Assembly: GCF_001447785.1 (NCBI RefSeq)
Contig: NW_015162514.1
Span: 506,274 to 570,273 of the forward strand
Direction: 5' to 3'
From: Gekko japonicus
Lineage: Eukaryota
DNA length: 64,000 bases
The translations under genes were made by a program, and so were the position numbers. This document shows, one piece after another, positions 60,973-64,000 of the stretch (position 1 is its first letter; every line of letters begins with the position of its first letter). The notes under the pieces were generated by a model, which had not been told where the DNA came from, did no database searches, and saw only the letters and a program-made list of their open reading frames with translations.

Positions 60973-63900
60973 GTTTAGCAGATAACAGGCCAGGCACAAC
61001 CTGGATGGGAGATCTGTTCATACTCTGCCTTAAATTCAATAATTTAAAAAACATGAATGGATGTACGAATGGAGAGGAGAGACGGGCTGTTCCCAATGGC
61101 AGGGCTGGTTTCAGGTATGGCTGGGCCACCCTAAGGAAAAAATCCCTGCCCCATCAAAAGCCCACCACTCTTACGTTGTGCGTTTACAATCTCCCTCCCC
61201 CTGCCAATTTCCACGGTGGTTGGAGAGCCACAGATTAAGGAGAACCGCCTCCGTGGCTGCCCAGTCTTACTTACCAATGCTGGCGCCGACTATGATGGCG
61301 GGTTTTAAAAATGGAAGGTTTCAAAACGCAGGCCCACAAATCCTTCTAATTGATGGGTTCTTTGATGTGCTGCCTTTTCGCTTGAGTGTCTTAGTCAGCA
61401 GCCCACCATGAGGTCCCCTGTCGGCTCGCCCGTCCCACTCTGTGCCTGTTTCTGTAAGAAGGATCTTGGAGTCTCGGCCCCTTAAGATGAGAGCAAGCCT
61501 GTCGGCATGCTCGGGAAGAATAGCGTTAGTCATGTGTAAGAATTGTTCGCTTGCCAAAGAAAAGTCGGGTACATCCAAGGTTTAAAGAACATCCTGTCCT
61601 AGAAGACGGGGGGGGGGGGTGGAGTTGCTGTATCAACACAGCTGGTGGATTATGTCGACAGAAAAGTGGGAGATGTTACCAGGAGGGGAAAGGGGAAAAA
61701 CGCCATGGCTGCAATGAATGACCTGGAGTGGGGAGGCAGAATTCTGCCTCGGATCCACTGGCTGTTTACTAAAAGGGCATTGCAGCAACTCTGAATTCCT
61801 GACCTATCAACCGTTTTTTAATGTCCAGGAAGTAGAGTCAAAATTGGGAGGTCAGACTTGACCCAACGGGTGACCTAACCAGGATGTTGCCTATGTAGCT
61901 TTATGTCTGGGACAGCTGGAAATCAGATCCTGGTTCAAATCTTACCTACCCGTCTAGTACTTGTTTTTTTCTCCCTTCAGGCAGGTGTGTTTTGATTGGG
62001 CCAAAGTCACCCAGCGAGGTTCACGGCCATGCAGGGATTTCCTTGTCTGCCACCCTTAACCCTTAATCCTAGGATAGCATCTAGTTAGTCTTTAAGATGC
62101 CAGCAGACTCCTAATTTGATAGTGAGGACCAGAAACATGTTCTCTAGTTCGCGGCTACCTAAATGCGTGCACATGAACAGTAAGGTACAATGTGCAGTTG
62201 GAAGACACATGATACAGCCAGCTTGCTGAAGGTAATCAGGTCTGTGTCTTGTTGCTGGATGGGAGACCCACCTGGATTTACACACCCAACTGGGGTGTAT
62301 GTTTGCTGGCATTCCATCAGGAAACAAGGGTGGCATCAGTGTTCAGATCTCTGGGTGAAATCTGCATTTTCTTTCACCACTTCCAGCTCAGATCAGTCAA
62401 CTGCGCCATGACCATTTGCAGGCCCACGTTTTTGGTTCTCACCAAACCCTTTTGATAAAACATTATTGAGCACTGGAGCACCTATATTCCCCTGATATGA
62501 GGCATGGGGTTTGATGATATTGTTTATTGTGCCATTGTTTTATTGCTTTTACTGTTTTATAGTCTTGTTACACATTAAGCCACCCTGAGCCCACAGGTAG
62601 GATAGGGTGGGGTATAAATTGAATAAATGAAATTAAAATAATCTCCATCGCTGGGCCCAGGAGCATTGGGCAAGGATGAAGGAAGTCATCAGCAGCCAAT
62701 GAAGGAAGGAGTGAATGAGAATTGTTGATCCTGTCTGTACCCAGAGACTGAACAAAGTTAATAAGGCCAAAAGTAGTACATTGAATCTGGCCAAAGGGCT
62801 CTGCAGAGTTTGGGGATGTGAAGTTGGTACAGGTAAAGCGGCAACTTGGCCGACTTTAGGAGATACTCCAAAATACAGGGGTAAACGGGTTTTGTTAGCG
62901 GCATTATATAGTGAAAGTCGCTCAGAGCAAAGTAGATTGGCTCTTATAACTGAGAAAGCCTCAGATTCCCGAGTAAGGAATCTAAGGTGATATCCAGAGA
63001 TATAATTTTGGATTCTATATAGGTAATCCAGTTTGAATCATTCATTCTAATAGAAGCTGATAGATGTAACTAGAGGGGTCCGAATTGAAAAGAAGACGAA
63101 GCCAATGCTTAATTGTAATAAGCCACGCTTTAGTTATCAACATGATCTGAACATTTTATTATTTTTCCGTCTGCCATTGGTTTTGACATTGAGGCCTGAC
63201 GTTCTGTAGGCATGCACAAAAGATTTGGCATGGCAGGATTTAGTTTCCTTTTTAAAAAACAGCCATGTTGCAATTCCTTATGGCTGGGAAAATACACTTG
63301 AGACGGCTCTGGTCAAGCCGCTGCCCAGAAGATACAATGGTTCCTTCCATCAATACCAATGCCAGGGACTAGTCATGCTTTATTCTTTTTTTCTTCTGCT
63401 TGTTGGTTAACTGAGAGAACCACTCTAGTTAAAATTTGGGGGATTACAGAGTTGAGCCTCGGCAGAATCCTCTGTGATTCATCTTTGCAACAGAAAGACG
63501 GAGTGCGGTTTGTATTCCAAGCAGGGAGTTCGCGCTACAATCCCTGGTTTATCATATAATAGCAGAAATGCTTCTTGTGTGTGATCAGTTTTCGAACAAA
63601 TGACTTCATCGGCTATCAGAAATGTGGGCAATGCAGTTCTCTTCAGGCTATAGCAAAGAGATTGGGAATAAGGGTTTTCATTCCTTCTGATGGCCTGCCA
63701 GGAAGAGAAAACGGAGCCAGAAGGAAACCTCGACAGTTAATTCTTGGATTCGGTCAGGTGCCTTCATCCTTCCAGAGATGAAATGGGCTGATGTAAATTC
63801 CCCCCCCCCACAGACCCCTTTGTCTAAGCAGTCTCCGGTAGAGATTTAGAACCTGGCACCCATCAGAAAGGACACAGGGTGTGAAAACATTTCAGAGCAC

Positions 63901-64000
63901 ATAAGCATCAAAAGGCCTCCCCCCCCCTTTTCCCCCATCCAAATACTAACCAAGGCTGACCCTGCTTAGCTTCTGAGATCTGGCAAGATTCGGCTAACCT

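Noticed and set aside
60200-64000. AURKAIP1, expected next by synteny
   Set aside because: No matching coding sequence or CpG island seen in the window.

Overview
Vertebrate genomic DNA from a squamate, most likely a gecko (inferred from its SINE, BovB and hAT-MITE content), in a draft assembly with 7 N-gaps. It holds three spliced genes on the + strand in the conserved order ANKRD65 (about 17.5/18.6-26.5 kb), MRPL20 (30.2-37.5 kb) and CCNL2/cyclin L2 (41.0-59.1 kb CDS). I reconstructed the exons by hand from splice sites and reading-frame phase. Most of the rest is transposable elements, often nested: CR1, L2, L1/Tx1, RTE-BovB, Penelope-like, Sauria, tRNA- and 5S-derived SINEs, several hAT MITE families with 8-bp target-site duplications (TSDs), and a solo LTR. 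I see no clear new multi-gene system. Best leads: (1) two nested pairs of inverted MITEs tightly bracketing the 550-nt ANKRD65 exon, a layout typical of circRNA loci; (2) an in-frame TAA in CCNL2 exon 9; (3) a CCNL2 alternative exon that can act as a terminal exon or a 14-nt micro-exon; (4) a candidate 7-nt coding first exon of ANKRD65; (5) a p53 site in a solo LTR; (6) an apparently chimeric SINE; (7) a 126-bp satellite derived from a CR1 3' UTR. Repeat family names and human comparisons are recalled from memory, not from database searches.
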